From positions 1,068 through 65,067 of the forward strand of contig JBFLYN010000010.1 in assembly GCA_040756655.1 (NCBI GenBank): a DNA stretch of 64,000 bases, read 5' to 3'. This document shows, piece by piece, positions 39,275-49,742 of the stretch. The DNA comes from Bacillota bacterium. GTDB lineage: Bacteria > Bacillota > Sulfobacillia > UBA8153. The first letter of the stretch is position 1, and each line of letters starts with the position of its first letter. The notes below the pieces were generated by a model that had not been told where the DNA came from, did no database searches, and saw only the letters and a list, made by a program, of their open reading frames with translations. The translations under genes and the position numbers were made by a program.

Positions 39275-40111
39275 ATGTACAAGATTACTACCAAGCAGGT
39301 GTTGACCCCAGTCACCAAGCTTATGACGGTGGAGGCGCCCCTGGTTGCCCGCAAGGCCGAACCAGGGCAATTTGTGATCGTGCGGGTCTCCGGCTCCGGT
39401 GAGAGGATCCCCCTGACCATCGCGGACTTCGACCGGGGGGCCGGCACCATTACCCTGGTGTTCCAAGAAGTGGGCTACACCACCCGGCTCTTGGGTACCA
39501 AGGAAGAGGGCGATTCCATCCTGGACGTGGTGGGCCCGCTGGGCGTGCCCGCCGAACTCATGAGCCAGGGTCGGGTGGTCTGCGTGGGCGGCGGCGTGGG
39601 CGTGGCTCCCGTATATCCCAAGGCCAAGGCGCTGCACGAGGCGGGCGTAGAGGTCATATCCATCATCGGTGCCCGTTCCTACGATCTTCTCATCATGGAA
39701 GACATGATGAGGGCGGTGAGCCGGCAGCTCTACGTATGTACTGACGATGGCAGTTTCGGTTATCACGGGTTCGTTTCCGGAAAACTCCAGGAGCTTCTGG
39801 CCAGCGGCGAGCAGTTTGACGAAGTCATCGCCGTCGGCCCGCTTCCCATGATGCGGGCTACCGTGGAGGTCACGCGACCACTGGGGATCAAGACCCTGGT
39901 GAGCCTCAACCCCATCATGGTAGATGGCACCGGTATGTGCGGCGCCTGTCGGGTGACGGTGGGCGGCAAGACCAAGTTTTGCTGTGTGGACGGTCCTATG
40001 TTCGACGGTCACCAGGTGGATTTTGCCGAGGCCATACGGAGGAGCCAGATGTACCTGGAAGAAGAAAAGACTGCCCTGCACCGGTGTGGTTGTCAGGGAG
40101 GTGATGCATAA
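39275..40111 (+). CDS. nfnA: NfnA/SudB/PyrK-like FAD-NAD(P) oxidoreductase subunit with C-terminal [2Fe-2S]
   Basis: PyrK-like ferredoxin reductase fold; C-terminal CGACRVTVGGKTKFCCVDGP cluster motif. Confidence 0.7.
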   Translation: MYKITTKQVLTPVTKLMTVEAPLVARKAEPGQFVIVRVSGSGERIPLTIADFDRGAGTITLVFQEVGYTTRLLGTKEEGDSILDVVGPLGVPAELMSQGRVVCVGGGVGVAPVYPKAKALHEAGVEVISIIGARSYDLLIMEDMMRAVSRQLYVCTDDGSFGYHGFVSGKLQELLASGEQFDEVIAVGPLPMMRATVEVTRPLGIKTLVSLNPIMVDGTGMCGACRVTVGGKTKFCCVDGPMFDGHQVDFAEAIRRSQMYLEEEKTALHRCGCQGGDA

Positions 40112-41505
40112 TGGCCGAGCGTCAAGGCAGAGTTAAGATGCCCGCCCAACCGGCCTCTGAGCGGGTGCGGAATTTCAACGAGGTGAACTTGGGGTTCGAT
40201 GCGGAACTGGCCAGGCAAGAGGCCTTAAGGTGTATCCAGTGCAAAAAGCCCCTTTGTATCCAGGGCTGCCCGGTCAGAGTGAAGATACCCGAGTTCATCC
40301 AGCTGATCGTGGATGGCGACTTCATGGGTGCGGCCCGCACCATCAAAGAAACCAATAACCTGCCGGCCATCTGCGGGCGGGTGTGCCCCCAAGAAGAGCA
40401 GTGCGAGAAAGTGTGCATTCTCGGCAAGCGGTTCGAGCCGGTGGCCATCGGCCGCCTGGAGCGGTTCGCCGCCGACTGGGAACTGAGACAGGGCGTGGAA
40501 CCGCCCCGGTTGCCGGAGCGGCGTCCCGGGAAGGTAGCGGTGGTTGGCGCCGGGCCCGCCGGGCTTACTTGCGCGGGTGACCTCGCCCTCAGGGGATATG
40601 AAGTGACCATCTTCGAGGCACTGCATGCCCCGGGCGGGGTGCTCATTTACGGCATCCCGGAATTCAGGCTCCCCAAGGCCATCGTCAAGGCAGAGGTGGA
40701 CTACGTACTCAGCCTGGGCGTGAAGCTGGAGACCAACGTGATCATCGGGCGTACTCTCACAGTCGACGATCTGTTCCTGGAAGGGTATGATGCAGTCTTT
40801 TTGGGCACCGGGGCTGGCTTGCCCAAGTTCATGAATATCCCCGGGGAAAACCTAAACGGGGTCTACTCCGCCAACGAATGGTTGACCCGTACCAATCTCA
40901 TGAAGGCCTACCAGTTCCCGGAATGGGATACTCCCGTACGGGCGGGCCAACGGGTGGCCGTGGTGGGAGGCGGGAACGTGGCTATGGACGCCGTGCGCTG
41001 TGCTCTTCGCCTGGGGGCTGAGGAAGCTACCATCGTGTACCGCCGGTCCCGCCAGGAGATGCCGGCCCGGGCCGAGGAAGTGGACCATGCCGAGCACGAG
41101 GGCGTGCAGTTCAAGTTCCTGTGCAACCCCACCCGCATCCTGGGCAACGACCGGGGATGGGTCACGGGCATAGAGTGTATTCGCATGGAACTGGGCGAGC
41201 CCGATGCTTCCGGGCGCCGCCGGCCCGTGGAAGTCCAGGGGTCCGAGTTCGTGCTGGACGTGGACACGGTGGTGATGGCTCTGGGGACCAACCCCAACCC
41301 CATAGTGGTGCAGACCACTCCTGGGCTTACTGCCCACCGCTGGGGTGGGCTGGTGGTGGATGAGGCCGGGCTCACCTCCAAGGAGGCAGTGTGGGCAGGC
41401 GGTGACGCAGTCACCGGCTCGGCCACGGTCATCCTGGCCATGGGCGCCGGCAAGACCGCGGCAGAGGCCATAATGAAATACCTGGAGGGCAAGTACCAGG
41501 CTTAG
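40111..41505 (+). CDS. nfnB: NfnB / glutamate-synthase-small-chain-like NADPH-dependent oxidoreductase
   Basis: Two 4Fe-4S motifs ([15 protein letters not shown]; [15 protein letters not shown]) plus two Rossmann GxGxxG motifs ([20 protein letters not shown]). Confidence 0.75.
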   Translation: MAERQGRVKMPAQPASERVRNFNEVNLGFDAELARQEALRCIQCKKPLCIQGCPVRVKIPEFIQLIVDGDFMGAARTIKETNNLPAICGRVCPQEEQCEKVCILGKRFEPVAIGRLERFAADWELRQGVEPPRLPERRPGKVAVVGAGPAGLTCAGDLALRGYEVTIFEALHAPGGVLIYGIPEFRLPKAIVKAEVDYVLSLGVKLETNVIIGRTLTVDDLFLEGYDAVFLGTGAGLPKFMNIPGENLNGVYSANEWLTRTNLMKAYQFPEWDTPVRAGQRVAVVGGGNVAMDAVRCALRLGAEEATIVYRRSRQEMPARAEEVDHAEHEGVQFKFLCNPTRILGNDRGWVTGIECIRMELGEPDASGRRRPVEVQGSEFVLDVDTVVMALGTNPNPIVVQTTPGLTAHRWGGLVVDEAGLTSKEAVWAGGDAVTGSATVILAMGAGKTAAEAIMKYLEGKYQA

Positions 41506-41557
41506 CGTAGAAGGGGCAGGCGGCCAGCCTGCCCCTACATACAAAGGAGGACGGAAC

Positions 41558-42403
41558 ATGACGGCCCAGATCATCGATGGCAAAGCAACAGCGCGGAGCC
41601 TGGAGAAGGAACTGGCCCAGGAAGTCCAGGCACTCCAGGCCGAAAAGGGCGTAACACCGGGACTGGCTGTCATCCTGGTGGGTGACGACCCGGCGTCCCG
41701 GACTTACGTCAACAACAAGGAGCGGGCATGCAAGCGGGTGGGCATTTATTCCGAGGTCCACCGCCTTCCCGGGGACACATCCCAGGAGGAAGTGCTGGCC
41801 CTGATCGAAAGGCTGAACCAGGACCCGGCCATTCACGGCATCTTGGTGCAGCTGCCGCTGCCCGGGCACATCAGCGACAAGGCATGCATCCATGCTATCC
41901 GGCCCGAAAAGGACGTGGACGGTTTCCACCCCATCAGTGCCGGCAACCTGCTTATCGGGGACAAGGGCTTTGTGCCGTGCACTCCCCACGGCATCTTGGT
42001 GCTGCTGGACCGCTTGGGCGTTGATCTCAAGGGGAAACACGCCGTGGTAGTGGGCCGCTCTAACATCGTGGGCAAGCCCGTTTCCCTGCTTTTGCTCTCC
42101 CGCCACGCCACGGTGACCATCTGCCATTCCCGCACTCCTGACCTTGGGTTCCACACCCGTCAGGCCGACGTACTAGTGGTGGCGGTGGGCCGGGCCGAGA
42201 TGGTCACCGGTGACATGGTCCGTCCTGGTGCCGTGGTCATCGACGTGGGTGTAAACCAGGTGGGTGACAAGCTGGTGGGGGATGTGCACTTTGACAGCGC
42301 CAAGGAAGTGGCCAGTGCCATCACTCCAGTGCCGGGCGGCGTGGGCCCCATGACCATTGTGATGCTCATGAAAAACACCATCCAGGCGGCCAGATGGTCC
42401 TAA
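41558..42403 (+). CDS. folD: bifunctional methylenetetrahydrofolate dehydrogenase / methenyl-THF cyclohydrolase
   Basis: Conserved IIDGKA...GILVQLPLP...[12 protein letters not shown]. Confidence 0.9.
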   Translation: MTAQIIDGKATARSLEKELAQEVQALQAEKGVTPGLAVILVGDDPASRTYVNNKERACKRVGIYSEVHRLPGDTSQEEVLALIERLNQDPAIHGILVQLPLPGHISDKACIHAIRPEKDVDGFHPISAGNLLIGDKGFVPCTPHGILVLLDRLGVDLKGKHAVVVGRSNIVGKPVSLLLLSRHATVTICHSRTPDLGFHTRQADVLVVAVGRAEMVTGDMVRPGAVVIDVGVNQVGDKLVGDVHFDSAKEVASAITPVPGGVGPMTIVMLMKNTIQAARWS

Positions 42404-43671
42404 CCCGGCAAGTTTTCAGTGTCAGCCAGCTGACGCAGTTCATCAAGGACTTGCTGTGGAACGAACCTGTGCTCCGGGAGGTAGCGGTGCGCGGGGAGAT
42501 CTCCAATTTTAAGCGCCACACCTCCGGTCACCTGTATTTTACCTTGAAAGACCAGTCATCTTCATTGCGCTCGGTGATGTTCAGGTCCCACGCGGCCAGC
42601 CTGGCCTTTAGACCCCACGATGGGCTGAAGGTAATAGCCGCCGGCCACATCACCGTGTACGAGCGGGACGGCGCCTACCAACTGTACGTGCGGAGCCTAG
42701 AGCCTGACGGCTTGGGCTCCCTTTACCTGGCGCTGGAACAGCTCAAGAAGAAACTCGAGCAAGAAGGGTTGTTCGATCCCGGGCGCAAGCGTGCCCTTCC
42801 CCGGCTGCCCCGTCGGGTGGGGGTGGTTACCTCGCTGCAGGGGGCGGCAGTGCGCGATATCATTACCGTCTCGCGTCGGCGGTTTCCCAACCTACCCCTG
42901 GTCATCGTCGACGTAGCGGTCCAGGGAGCCGAGGCTCCCGAGCGCATCTGCCAGGGGCTGGAACTGGTAGCCCGGGTGCCGGAAGTGGACGTGGTTATCG
43001 TGGGCCGGGGCGGGGGAAGCGTGGAGGAGCTCTGGGCGTTCAACGACGAGACCGTGGTGCGGGCGGTGGCGGCCTGCCCGGTGCCGGTGGTGTCGGCGGT
43101 AGGGCACGAGACCGACTTTACCCTGGCCGATTTCGCCGCCGACGTACGGGCCCCCACACCGTCCGCCGCCGCCGAACTGGTGGTACCAGACCGGGCGGTG
43201 CTGGAACGCAGCATTGAACAGGCGGCCGGGCGCCTGAGGCTGGCGCTGGTGCGCCGCACCGAGCTGGCCCGGGCCCGCTGGAAACGGGCTGTGGACAGCC
43301 CGGCCATGAGGAGACCCCAGGACCGCTTGCACCAGCTGGAGCAGCGCGTGGACGAACTCACCCGCAGGCTGGGAGTGGCTGCCGCCCGGCGTGTGGAGCA
43401 GGCCCGGGGCCGCAGCGAGCGGCTTTCGGCCCGGTTGGACGCCTTGAGCCCGCTGGCCGTCCTGGCCCGGGGGTATAGTGTTTGTCTTGACTCCACCGGG
43501 GCCGTGATCAGGAGTATCGGTCACGTGGTCGCTGGCGAGGAACTGGAGGTGCTGGTGGCCGATGGTTCCATCGGCGCTGCCGTCACCGGGACCCGGGCGC
43601 GGCCGGCGGAGAGAGGAGAGGGTCATGGAACCACAAACACAAGCGTTGACCCAGGAAAAGCCGAGCTTTGA
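42394..43671 (+). CDS. xseA: exodeoxyribonuclease VII large subunit
   Basis: OB-fold N-terminus [12 protein letters not shown]...[20 protein letters not shown]; catalytic core. Confidence 0.9.
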   Translation: MVLTRQVFSVSQLTQFIKDLLWNEPVLREVAVRGEISNFKRHTSGHLYFTLKDQSSSLRSVMFRSHAASLAFRPHDGLKVIAAGHITVYERDGAYQLYVRSLEPDGLGSLYLALEQLKKKLEQEGLFDPGRKRALPRLPRRVGVVTSLQGAAVRDIITVSRRRFPNLPLVIVDVAVQGAEAPERICQGLELVARVPEVDVVIVGRGGGSVEELWAFNDETVVRAVAACPVPVVSAVGHETDFTLADFAADVRAPTPSAAAELVVPDRAVLERSIEQAAGRLRLALVRRTELARARWKRAVDSPAMRRPQDRLHQLEQRVDELTRRLGVAAARRVEQARGRSERLSARLDALSPLAVLARGYSVCLDSTGAVIRSIGHVVAGEELEVLVADGSIGAAVTGTRARPAERGEGHGTTNTSVDPGKAEL

Positions 43672-43888
43672 GACCAACCTGCAGCGACTGGAGGAGGTTG
43701 TCAAGCTGCTGGAAAGCGGAGACCTTTCGCTAGAACGCGCGTTAACCCTGTTCCAGGAAGGCATCACGCTGGCCCGGACCCTCAGCGGGCAGTTAGATGC
43801 AGCCGAAGCCCGCATCGACCAGGCGCTCAAGGGGGCCGGCGGGGAACCAGTGCTGGTCCCGGTGGTCCAGCGGAGCGACGGCGAGTGA
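43625..43888 (+). CDS. xseB: exodeoxyribonuclease VII small subunit
   Basis: Internal ATG at 43625; [32 protein letters not shown] signature. Confidence 0.85.
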   Translation: MEPQTQALTQEKPSFETNLQRLEEVVKLLESGDLSLERALTLFQEGITLARTLSGQLDAAEARIDQALKGAGGEPVLVPVVQRSDGE

Positions 43889-44721
43889 GGGGCGGAGAGT
43901 TTTCTGCATTCCACGCCCGGGCCGTGGCCGCTGTCCAAGCCGGGGTCGCCCGCTACCTGGGAGCCTGCGCGCCGGCACCCCGGCTCTGGGAGGCCATGCG
44001 TTATGCCGGGCAGGGCGGGAAACTCCTCCGGCCGGTGATGGTACTGGCGGCGGTGGCTGACAGCGGCGGAGACCTGGAGGGTGCCGTGCCCCTGGCCTGC
44101 GCCGCCGAGTTTGTACATGCCTATTCGCTAGTCCACGATGACCTGCCGCCCATGGATAATGACGACCAGCGGCGTGGTCGCCCATCCTGCCACCGCCAGT
44201 TTGACCAGGCCACGGCCATCCTGGCAGGTGACGCCCTGCTGGCCCTGGCCTTCGAGGTCGGGCTGTCGGCCCGGCCGGCGCGGCGGGCCCGGGCTGCCGT
44301 CCAGGTGCTGGCGCGCGCGGCCGGACCCTTTGGCATCTGTGCCGGGCAGTCCATGGACTTGGGGCTGGAAGGAACCGCGCAGGACCCGGCCGCATTTGAG
44401 CAGTGCTACTACCTGAAAACCGGTTCTCTGTTTGCGGGCTCAGCCGTGGCCGGCGCGTTGCTGGGGACCGGCGTCAATGCTCCGGTCAAGGCACTAACCG
44501 GCTTTGGACGAGAGTTCGGCCTTGGTTTCCAGCTCTATGATGATATCTTTGACCAAGCACCGGGCGCACCCGGTACCTTGCTCCGCTGGTGGTCACCCCA
44601 AAAGGCACAGGAGCGGGCCAGGGCGGCCATGGAGCGGGCCCGCGCGCACTTGCCCCGCGGGTATGTAAGGTTGAAAGAACTGGCGTATTACGTTGAAGGG
44701 TTGATGGCGAAAGACCAGTAG
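43885..44721 (+). CDS. ispA: farnesyl diphosphate synthase (polyprenyl synthetase)
   Basis: FARM LVHDDLPPMDNDDQRRG and SARM FQLYDDIFD motifs. Confidence 0.85.
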   Translation: MRGGEFSAFHARAVAAVQAGVARYLGACAPAPRLWEAMRYAGQGGKLLRPVMVLAAVADSGGDLEGAVPLACAAEFVHAYSLVHDDLPPMDNDDQRRGRPSCHRQFDQATAILAGDALLALAFEVGLSARPARRARAAVQVLARAAGPFGICAGQSMDLGLEGTAQDPAAFEQCYYLKTGSLFAGSAVAGALLGTGVNAPVKALTGFGREFGLGFQLYDDIFDQAPGAPGTLLRWWSPQKAQERARAAMERARAHLPRGYVRLKELAYYVEGLMAKDQ

Positions 44722-44775
44722 TTGCCTGGACCGGCCTGCCAACGACGTTTTGCGTTAGACTCGCCCAATTAACCT

Positions 44776-44805
44776 TTGAAGTCCCCGCGGTCTTCTTGAT
44801 ATAAT
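44776..44805 (+). promoter_or_regulatory. sigma-A-type promoter (TTGAAG - 18 nt - TGATATAAT) driving the noncoding region downstream of ispA
   Basis: Near-consensus -35 and extended -10 read directly from the sequence. Confidence 0.45.
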
Positions 44806-44811
44806 CTTGTT

Positions 44812-45440
44812 TGAACTGTCCGGTTCTGGTGGGGCGCAGTATCCTAGTTGGACCCATTCTCTCTGAAGACGGGGCTAAAAATCCGTCACGGGCACATCGA
44901 TGAAGCTCCTGGTGCTGGCTGGCAACGCCCAGTTGCGGGCTGGTGCTGGGAGTCAAGGAAGACGGGGCGATCCGCAATGGCATGCGGGCGAGTACCCTGC
45001 TTCCGCGGAGGCCCAAGTGCGTGAGGCTTGCCACCGTGGGCACGTTCTTACGGCTTGGAGTTGAAACCTGCATGCGGTGCCGATACTATGGGAGGGCGCT
45101 GGGTGCAGTGTAGCCTGCCTTGAGTGGCTGGGAAGGATGGAGCTCTGGAGCATGCTGGCCGCGGCCGTGGCTGGAATGCTCTTCCGAAATCACAGCTGCA
45201 AAAAAGGCTAAGGAGAGGGCAGGGCCAGGGAGGAAAGCTCCTAGGCTGTTCGGACGAGGGTTGGCGGGGATTAAAGTGTGGCCTGAGTGGCAATCCAGTA
45301 CCGCACGCGGCAACGCTGCGGGGCCGGGTTAAAGGGAAACCGCCGTTCCGGTAACGGGCGGTCACCGGCTGGGAAAGCATGCTGGACCTAAGCCGCAGCA
45401 TTTACCCGTCAGCCTGTCCCCACCAGTTCACCGGCATCAC
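44812..45440 (+). ncRNA. ole: candidate OLE (ornate large extremophilic) RNA
   Basis: About 630 nt with no coherent ORF on either strand (only overlapping short GC-artefact ORFs); strong promoter; located exactly between ispA and dxs and followed by a small polytopic membrane protein, the characteristic genomic context of OLE RNA; does not match RNase P, tmRNA, SRP, T-box or cobalamin motifs. Confidence 0.6.
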
Positions 45441-45469
45441 CTACAAAAAAGAGGAAAGGAACGGCCAAG

Positions 45470-46024
45470 TTGCGAAATCACAGACTGCGGGGGCGGCGGC
45501 CCGGCTGGTTCAACGGTCTCCAGCTGGGCTTTATGGCATTTGTGGCTGCTTTCGTAGTGGCGCTGCCAGCCCAGGCCGCCATGGGCCACCTGGCCGTGGC
45601 GCCAGCCCTGGTGGTTCTCCTGATCATTACCCTGACCGGCATTTTCTTTGACATGGTGGGTGTGGCCACGGCCGCTGCCGATGAGATTCCTTTCCACGCC
45701 CGGGCCTCCAAGCGTGTAAGGGGGGCCAGGCAAAGCCTCTGGCTCGTGCGCAACGCCGACCGGGTGGCGGCTTTTGCCAACGACGTGGTGGGCGATATTG
45801 CTGGAACCATCAGCGGGGCCGCCGTTGCGGCGTTGACCTTTCGGCTGGCCGCAGGCATTGCCGGTGGTGTAGACCGCACCCTCAGCATCGCTGGAGTGGC
45901 GTTGGTGGCCGGGTTGACGGTAGGCGGCAAGGCCGCCGGCAAGGGTTATGCCATCGCCCATGCCAACGATATTGTCGCCCGTACCGGTCGTTTTATGGCA
46001 CTATGGCAGAGGAAGGCGAAGTGA
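45470..46024 (+). CDS. oapA: OLE-associated membrane protein OapA-like (small polytopic membrane protein)
   Basis: TTG start after AGAGGAAAGGAACGG RBS; 184 aa with four predicted TM helices; lies between the candidate OLE RNA and dxs. Confidence 0.5.
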   Translation: MRNHRLRGRRPGWFNGLQLGFMAFVAAFVVALPAQAAMGHLAVAPALVVLLIITLTGIFFDMVGVATAAADEIPFHARASKRVRGARQSLWLVRNADRVAAFANDVVGDIAGTISGAAVAALTFRLAAGIAGGVDRTLSIAGVALVAGLTVGGKAAGKGYAIAHANDIVARTGRFMALWQRKAK

Positions 46025-47941
46025 GTGGCCAAGCTCTTGGACACGGTGAATGGACCAGAGGACCTAAGACGCCTCGACCTAGTGCAGCTGGGCCGTCTGG
46101 CCCGGGAATTGCGGGAGGAGATCGTCTCCACCGTGTCCATGACCGGGGGACACCTGGCCGCCAGCCTTGGGGCAGTGGAACTCACCGTGGCGTTGCATAC
46201 CGTCTTTTCCAGCCCGCGTGACCGGATCGTGTGGGATGTAGGCCACCAGGCCTATGCTCACAAACTCCTCACCGGGCGTCGCCACCGGTTTCACACCCTC
46301 AGGCAGGCCGGGGGCATAAGCGGTTTTCCCCGTCGCCACGAAAGCATCCACGACCATTTTAACGCTGGCCACGCCAGTACTTCCATTTCAGCAGCGCTGG
46401 GTTTTGCCGTGGCCCGGGACCTGTCCGGCGCCCGGCACCACGTGGTGGCCGTCATCGGGGATGGGGCGCTCACCGGTGGCCTGGCCTTTGAGGGGTTGAA
46501 CAACGCCGGGCTCATGAAGACCAACCTCATCGTGGTCATCAACGATAACGAGATGTCCATCTCCTCCAATGTAGGAGCACTTTCTTCGTATCTATCACGC
46601 ATCCGCTCCGCCCCGGCCTACTACCGTGTCAAGAGCGATGTTCAGCAAGCGCTCTCCCGCATCCCCTACGTAGGGAAAACTGTGAGCGAAGCCGCCACTC
46701 GGGTCAAGGACAGTGTGCGCAACCTTGTGGTCCCGGGCGCGCTCTTTGAAGAGCTGGGGTTTACCTACCTTGGCCCCATCGATGGTCACGACATCGGGAG
46801 CCTGCAGGACGTGCTGAGAGGTGCGGCGCGCATCCGGGGCCCGGTGGTGGTCCATGCCATCACCCGCAAGGGAAAGGGATACCCGCCCGCGGAAAGGGAC
46901 CCGGACGCTTTTCACGGGCCCGGGCCATTTGACCGGGACACCGGAGTTCTCAAGCCCAATCACACCCCTTCGTTTTCCCAGGTCTTTGGATCGACGCTGG
47001 TGCGACTGGCCCGGGAGGACCGGCGCATCGTGGCCATCACCGCCGCCATGCCCGGAGGTACCGGGCTTTCGGAGTTCGCCCGGGAGTTCCCAGGTCGCTT
47101 TTTCGACGTGGGCATTGCCGAGCAGCACGCCGTGACCTTCGCCGCCGGGTTGGCGGCTTCAGGTCTCAAGCCGGTGGTGGCCATCTACTCCACGTTTCTC
47201 CAGCGTGCGTACGACCAGCTGGTCCACGACGTATGCCTCCAGGACCTAGGCGTGGTGCTGGCCATCGACCGGGCCGGTATCGTGGGCGAGGACGGCGAAA
47301 CCCACCAGGGCCAGTTCGACCTGGCCTTCCTCCGTCACATCCCTAACCTGACGGTGATGGCCCCCGCCGACGAGCACGAGCTCGAAGACATGCTTGCCAC
47401 TGCCGTCACCCTGGCGGGCCCCAGCGCGGTTCGCTACCCGCGCGGTGCGGTTTGCCGGACCGCTCGCAGCCGGCCGGCGGGTCCCTTGACGCCGGGGGTG
47501 GGACGAGTCCTGCGCCAGGGCCGGCACGTGGCACTGGTGGCTGTGGGGAACCTGGTCCAGGTTGCCCTCGGGGCAGCCGAACTCCTCCTGACCTCGGGCA
47601 TCGACGCCACGGTAGCGGACGCCCGGTTTGTGACCCCCCTTGACCACCGACTCCTGAGGAGTCTGGCCGCCCGCCATCCCTACCTGGTCACACTGGAAGA
47701 GAATACCATAGAAGGGGGCTTCGGGTCGGCGGTGCTGGAAAGCCTGGCCGGAGCGGGTACCAATTGCCAGGTGACGCTGGTGGGAATTCCACGCCGCTTC
47801 ATAGAACACGGTGCGCCCGGCCACATCCGCCGGGTGCACGGGTTGGACGCAGAGGGAATAGCCGGCCGGGTACTGGCCCTCGTCCGTGGGACCCGGGACC
47901 TGGTAAGCGCAAGCGGGACCGGGCGGGGTATGCAGGAGTGA
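46025..47941 (+). CDS. dxs: 1-deoxy-D-xylulose-5-phosphate synthase
   Basis: TPP motif GDGALTGG...NDN, transketolase-like domains; 638 aa. Confidence 0.9.
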   Translation: MAKLLDTVNGPEDLRRLDLVQLGRLARELREEIVSTVSMTGGHLAASLGAVELTVALHTVFSSPRDRIVWDVGHQAYAHKLLTGRRHRFHTLRQAGGISGFPRRHESIHDHFNAGHASTSISAALGFAVARDLSGARHHVVAVIGDGALTGGLAFEGLNNAGLMKTNLIVVINDNEMSISSNVGALSSYLSRIRSAPAYYRVKSDVQQALSRIPYVGKTVSEAATRVKDSVRNLVVPGALFEELGFTYLGPIDGHDIGSLQDVLRGAARIRGPVVVHAITRKGKGYPPAERDPDAFHGPGPFDRDTGVLKPNHTPSFSQVFGSTLVRLAREDRRIVAITAAMPGGTGLSEFAREFPGRFFDVGIAEQHAVTFAAGLAASGLKPVVAIYSTFLQRAYDQLVHDVCLQDLGVVLAIDRAGIVGEDGETHQGQFDLAFLRHIPNLTVMAPADEHELEDMLATAVTLAGPSAVRYPRGAVCRTARSRPAGPLTPGVGRVLRQGRHVALVAVGNLVQVALGAAELLLTSGIDATVADARFVTPLDHRLLRSLAARHPYLVTLEENTIEGGFGSAVLESLAGAGTNCQVTLVGIPRRFIEHGAPGHIRRVHGLDAEGIAGRVLALVRGTRDLVSASGTGRGMQE

Positions 47942-48762
47942 AGGTCCGGCTGGACCTACTGCTGGTGGAGCGTGGCCTGGCGGCCACCCGCAGCCTGGCC
48001 CAGGCGCTGGTCATGGCCGGCCAGGTGCTGGTGGGCGGAGAGCCGGTTACCAAGGCGGGCGCCAGGTTCGCTCCCGACGTGGACATCCAGGTGCTGGCGG
48101 CGTCCCAGCCGTACGTCAGCCGGGGCGGGGCAAAACTCCAGGGAGCCCTGGTCGATTTCGAGGTGCAGGTGCATGACCGGGTGTGCCTGGACGTGGGAGC
48201 TTCCACTGGAGGTTTTACCGACTGCCTGCTCCAGCACGGTGCCCGGCGGGTGTATGCTGTGGACGTGGGCTACGGCCAGCTGGCGTGGAAACTCAGGCAA
48301 GACCCCCGCGTGGTGGTGCTGGAGCGCACCAACGCCCGTCATCTTGGGCTTGCCCAGCTGGGAGAGCCAGTGGGTCTGGCCACCGTAGACGTGGCTTTCA
48401 TATCGCTGGAACTGATCTGGCCGGCTCTTTTCGGTGTAATGGAGCCTGGAGCCGATGCCCTGTGCCTGGTCAAGCCCCAATTCGAGGCTGGACGCTCCCA
48501 GGTAGGCAAGCGCGGTGTGGTCAAAGACCCGGCCGTACACCGCCAGGTGTTGGAACGGTTGGTAGACGCCGCACCCCGGGCGGGCTTCAGCATCCGGGGC
48601 CTGGCTTTTTCCCGGCTGCGGGGACCTGAAGGCAACCTGGAGTTCTGGCTCTGGTTACAGGCAGGTCGGTGGCCACAGGCGCCCGTCGAACCAGGGCAGG
48701 TGGTAAGTGAAGCCCACCGGTGGCACCGGGAGGAACGATGGGCGTTTCCGGAGAAGTCTTAG
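47938..48762 (+). CDS. tlyA: TlyA-family rRNA 2'-O-methyltransferase (S4 domain + FtsJ-like MTase)
   Basis: GTG start overlapping the dxs stop (GTGA); S4 domain RLDLLLVERGLAATRSLAQALVMAG; SAM motif CLDVGASTGGFTD. Confidence 0.8.
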   Translation: MKVRLDLLLVERGLAATRSLAQALVMAGQVLVGGEPVTKAGARFAPDVDIQVLAASQPYVSRGGAKLQGALVDFEVQVHDRVCLDVGASTGGFTDCLLQHGARRVYAVDVGYGQLAWKLRQDPRVVVLERTNARHLGLAQLGEPVGLATVDVAFISLELIWPALFGVMEPGADALCLVKPQFEAGRSQVGKRGVVKDPAVHRQVLERLVDAAPRAGFSIRGLAFSRLRGPEGNLEFWLWLQAGRWPQAPVEPGQVVSEAHRWHREERWAFPEKS

Positions 48763-49651
48763 CCTGGCATCAAGCCCGGAAGGTGGACCAAAACTGATAG
48801 GGATCTACCCCAACCTGGACAAGCCCCAAGCTCTACAGCAGACGGTGGAACTAGCCGCCTGGCTGACCCGGCACGGGTACGACTGGGTAGTGAGCCCGGA
48901 GGTGGCAAGTGCCATGGGGGCCCCAGACCGGGGCGCACCAGTGGAATCCTGGACCCCGGGCGTAAACCTCGTGCTGGTGCTGGGTGGCGACGGTACCTTG
49001 CTAAATGCTGCTCGCCGTTTGCGGGGTAGCGTCCCGCTCTTGGGAGTGAATCTAGGTCACCTGGGCTTCCTCACCGAGCTGGAGCTGCCTGAGCTATACG
49101 ACGAACTGCCCGGGTTTCTCCAAGGACACTGCCAGGTGGATGCGCGCCTCATGATAGAAGCCTCGGTAGTCCGGTCCGGCGACGCAGCGGCTCACCTCAT
49201 CGCTCTCAACGAATTCGTCATTGCCAAGGGGCCTTTTGCCCGCCTCATGCGACTCGAAGTCCGGGTAAACCAAAACTACGTGGACACCTACCATGCCGAC
49301 GGTCTCATCGTGGCCACCCCCACTGGTTCCACCGCCTACTCGCTGTCGGCTGGTGGTCCCCTGGTCAGTCCGGGACTGGATGCGCTGGTGATTACCCCCA
49401 TATGCCCCCACACGCTGTACAGCCGGTCCATGGTCGTCGCGCCCGAGGAGACCATCACCGTGTGCTTGCCCGGGGCCCAGCCGGGCACGGTACTCACCGC
49501 CGACGGGCAGTCCGGCTTCCACCTGGCAGAAGGAGACCGCATCAGTGTGCAGCTTATCTCTGAGCGGGTCCGGCTGTTGCGCCGCCCGGGCTGGTCCTTT
49601 TACGAAGTCCTCCGGCGAAAATTGCGTGAGAACAGCCAGCCGGAAACGTGA
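48707..49651 (+). CDS. nadK: NAD kinase (start uncertain; the ATG at 48707 overlaps tlyA by 56 nt)
   Basis: GGDGT motif LVLVLGGDGTLL; NE/D short motif; conserved C-terminal domain. Confidence 0.8.
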   Translation: MKPTGGTGRNDGRFRRSLSLASSPEGGPKLIGIYPNLDKPQALQQTVELAAWLTRHGYDWVVSPEVASAMGAPDRGAPVESWTPGVNLVLVLGGDGTLLNAARRLRGSVPLLGVNLGHLGFLTELELPELYDELPGFLQGHCQVDARLMIEASVVRSGDAAAHLIALNEFVIAKGPFARLMRLEVRVNQNYVDTYHADGLIVATPTGSTAYSLSAGGPLVSPGLDALVITPICPHTLYSRSMVVAPEETITVCLPGAQPGTVLTADGQSGFHLAEGDRISVQLISERVRLLRRPGWSFYEVLRRKLRENSQPET

Positions 49652-49742
49652 TTTCTTGCACATTTGGTTATTACTGGCAGGGAAAATGGCAGACCGCGGC
49701 GTAATACTGTGCATAATGTCGAAAACCCTTGGAGGTGGAGAG

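Noticed and set aside
42892-44118. 408-aa minus-strand ORF
   Set aside because: Antisense to xseA/xseB/ispA, all strongly supported.
44722-45469. Alternative identities for the ispA-dxs noncoding region (RNase P RNA, tmRNA, SRP RNA, T-box, cobalamin riboswitch, pseudogene)
   Set aside because: None of the hallmark motifs is present: AGGAAAGUCCGGGC/ACAGAA for RNase P, the tag-peptide ORF and CCA-adjacent T-arm for tmRNA, GGAAGGAAGCAGC for SRP, the T-box AGGGUGGNACCGCG, or the cobalamin B12 box. Genomic context fits OLE RNA instead.
48707-48793. The first 29 codons of the nadK ORF overlapping tlyA
   Set aside because: Probably not translated. The conserved NadK core begins near IGIYPN (about 48797), but no canonical start codon lies between, so the exact start is left unresolved.
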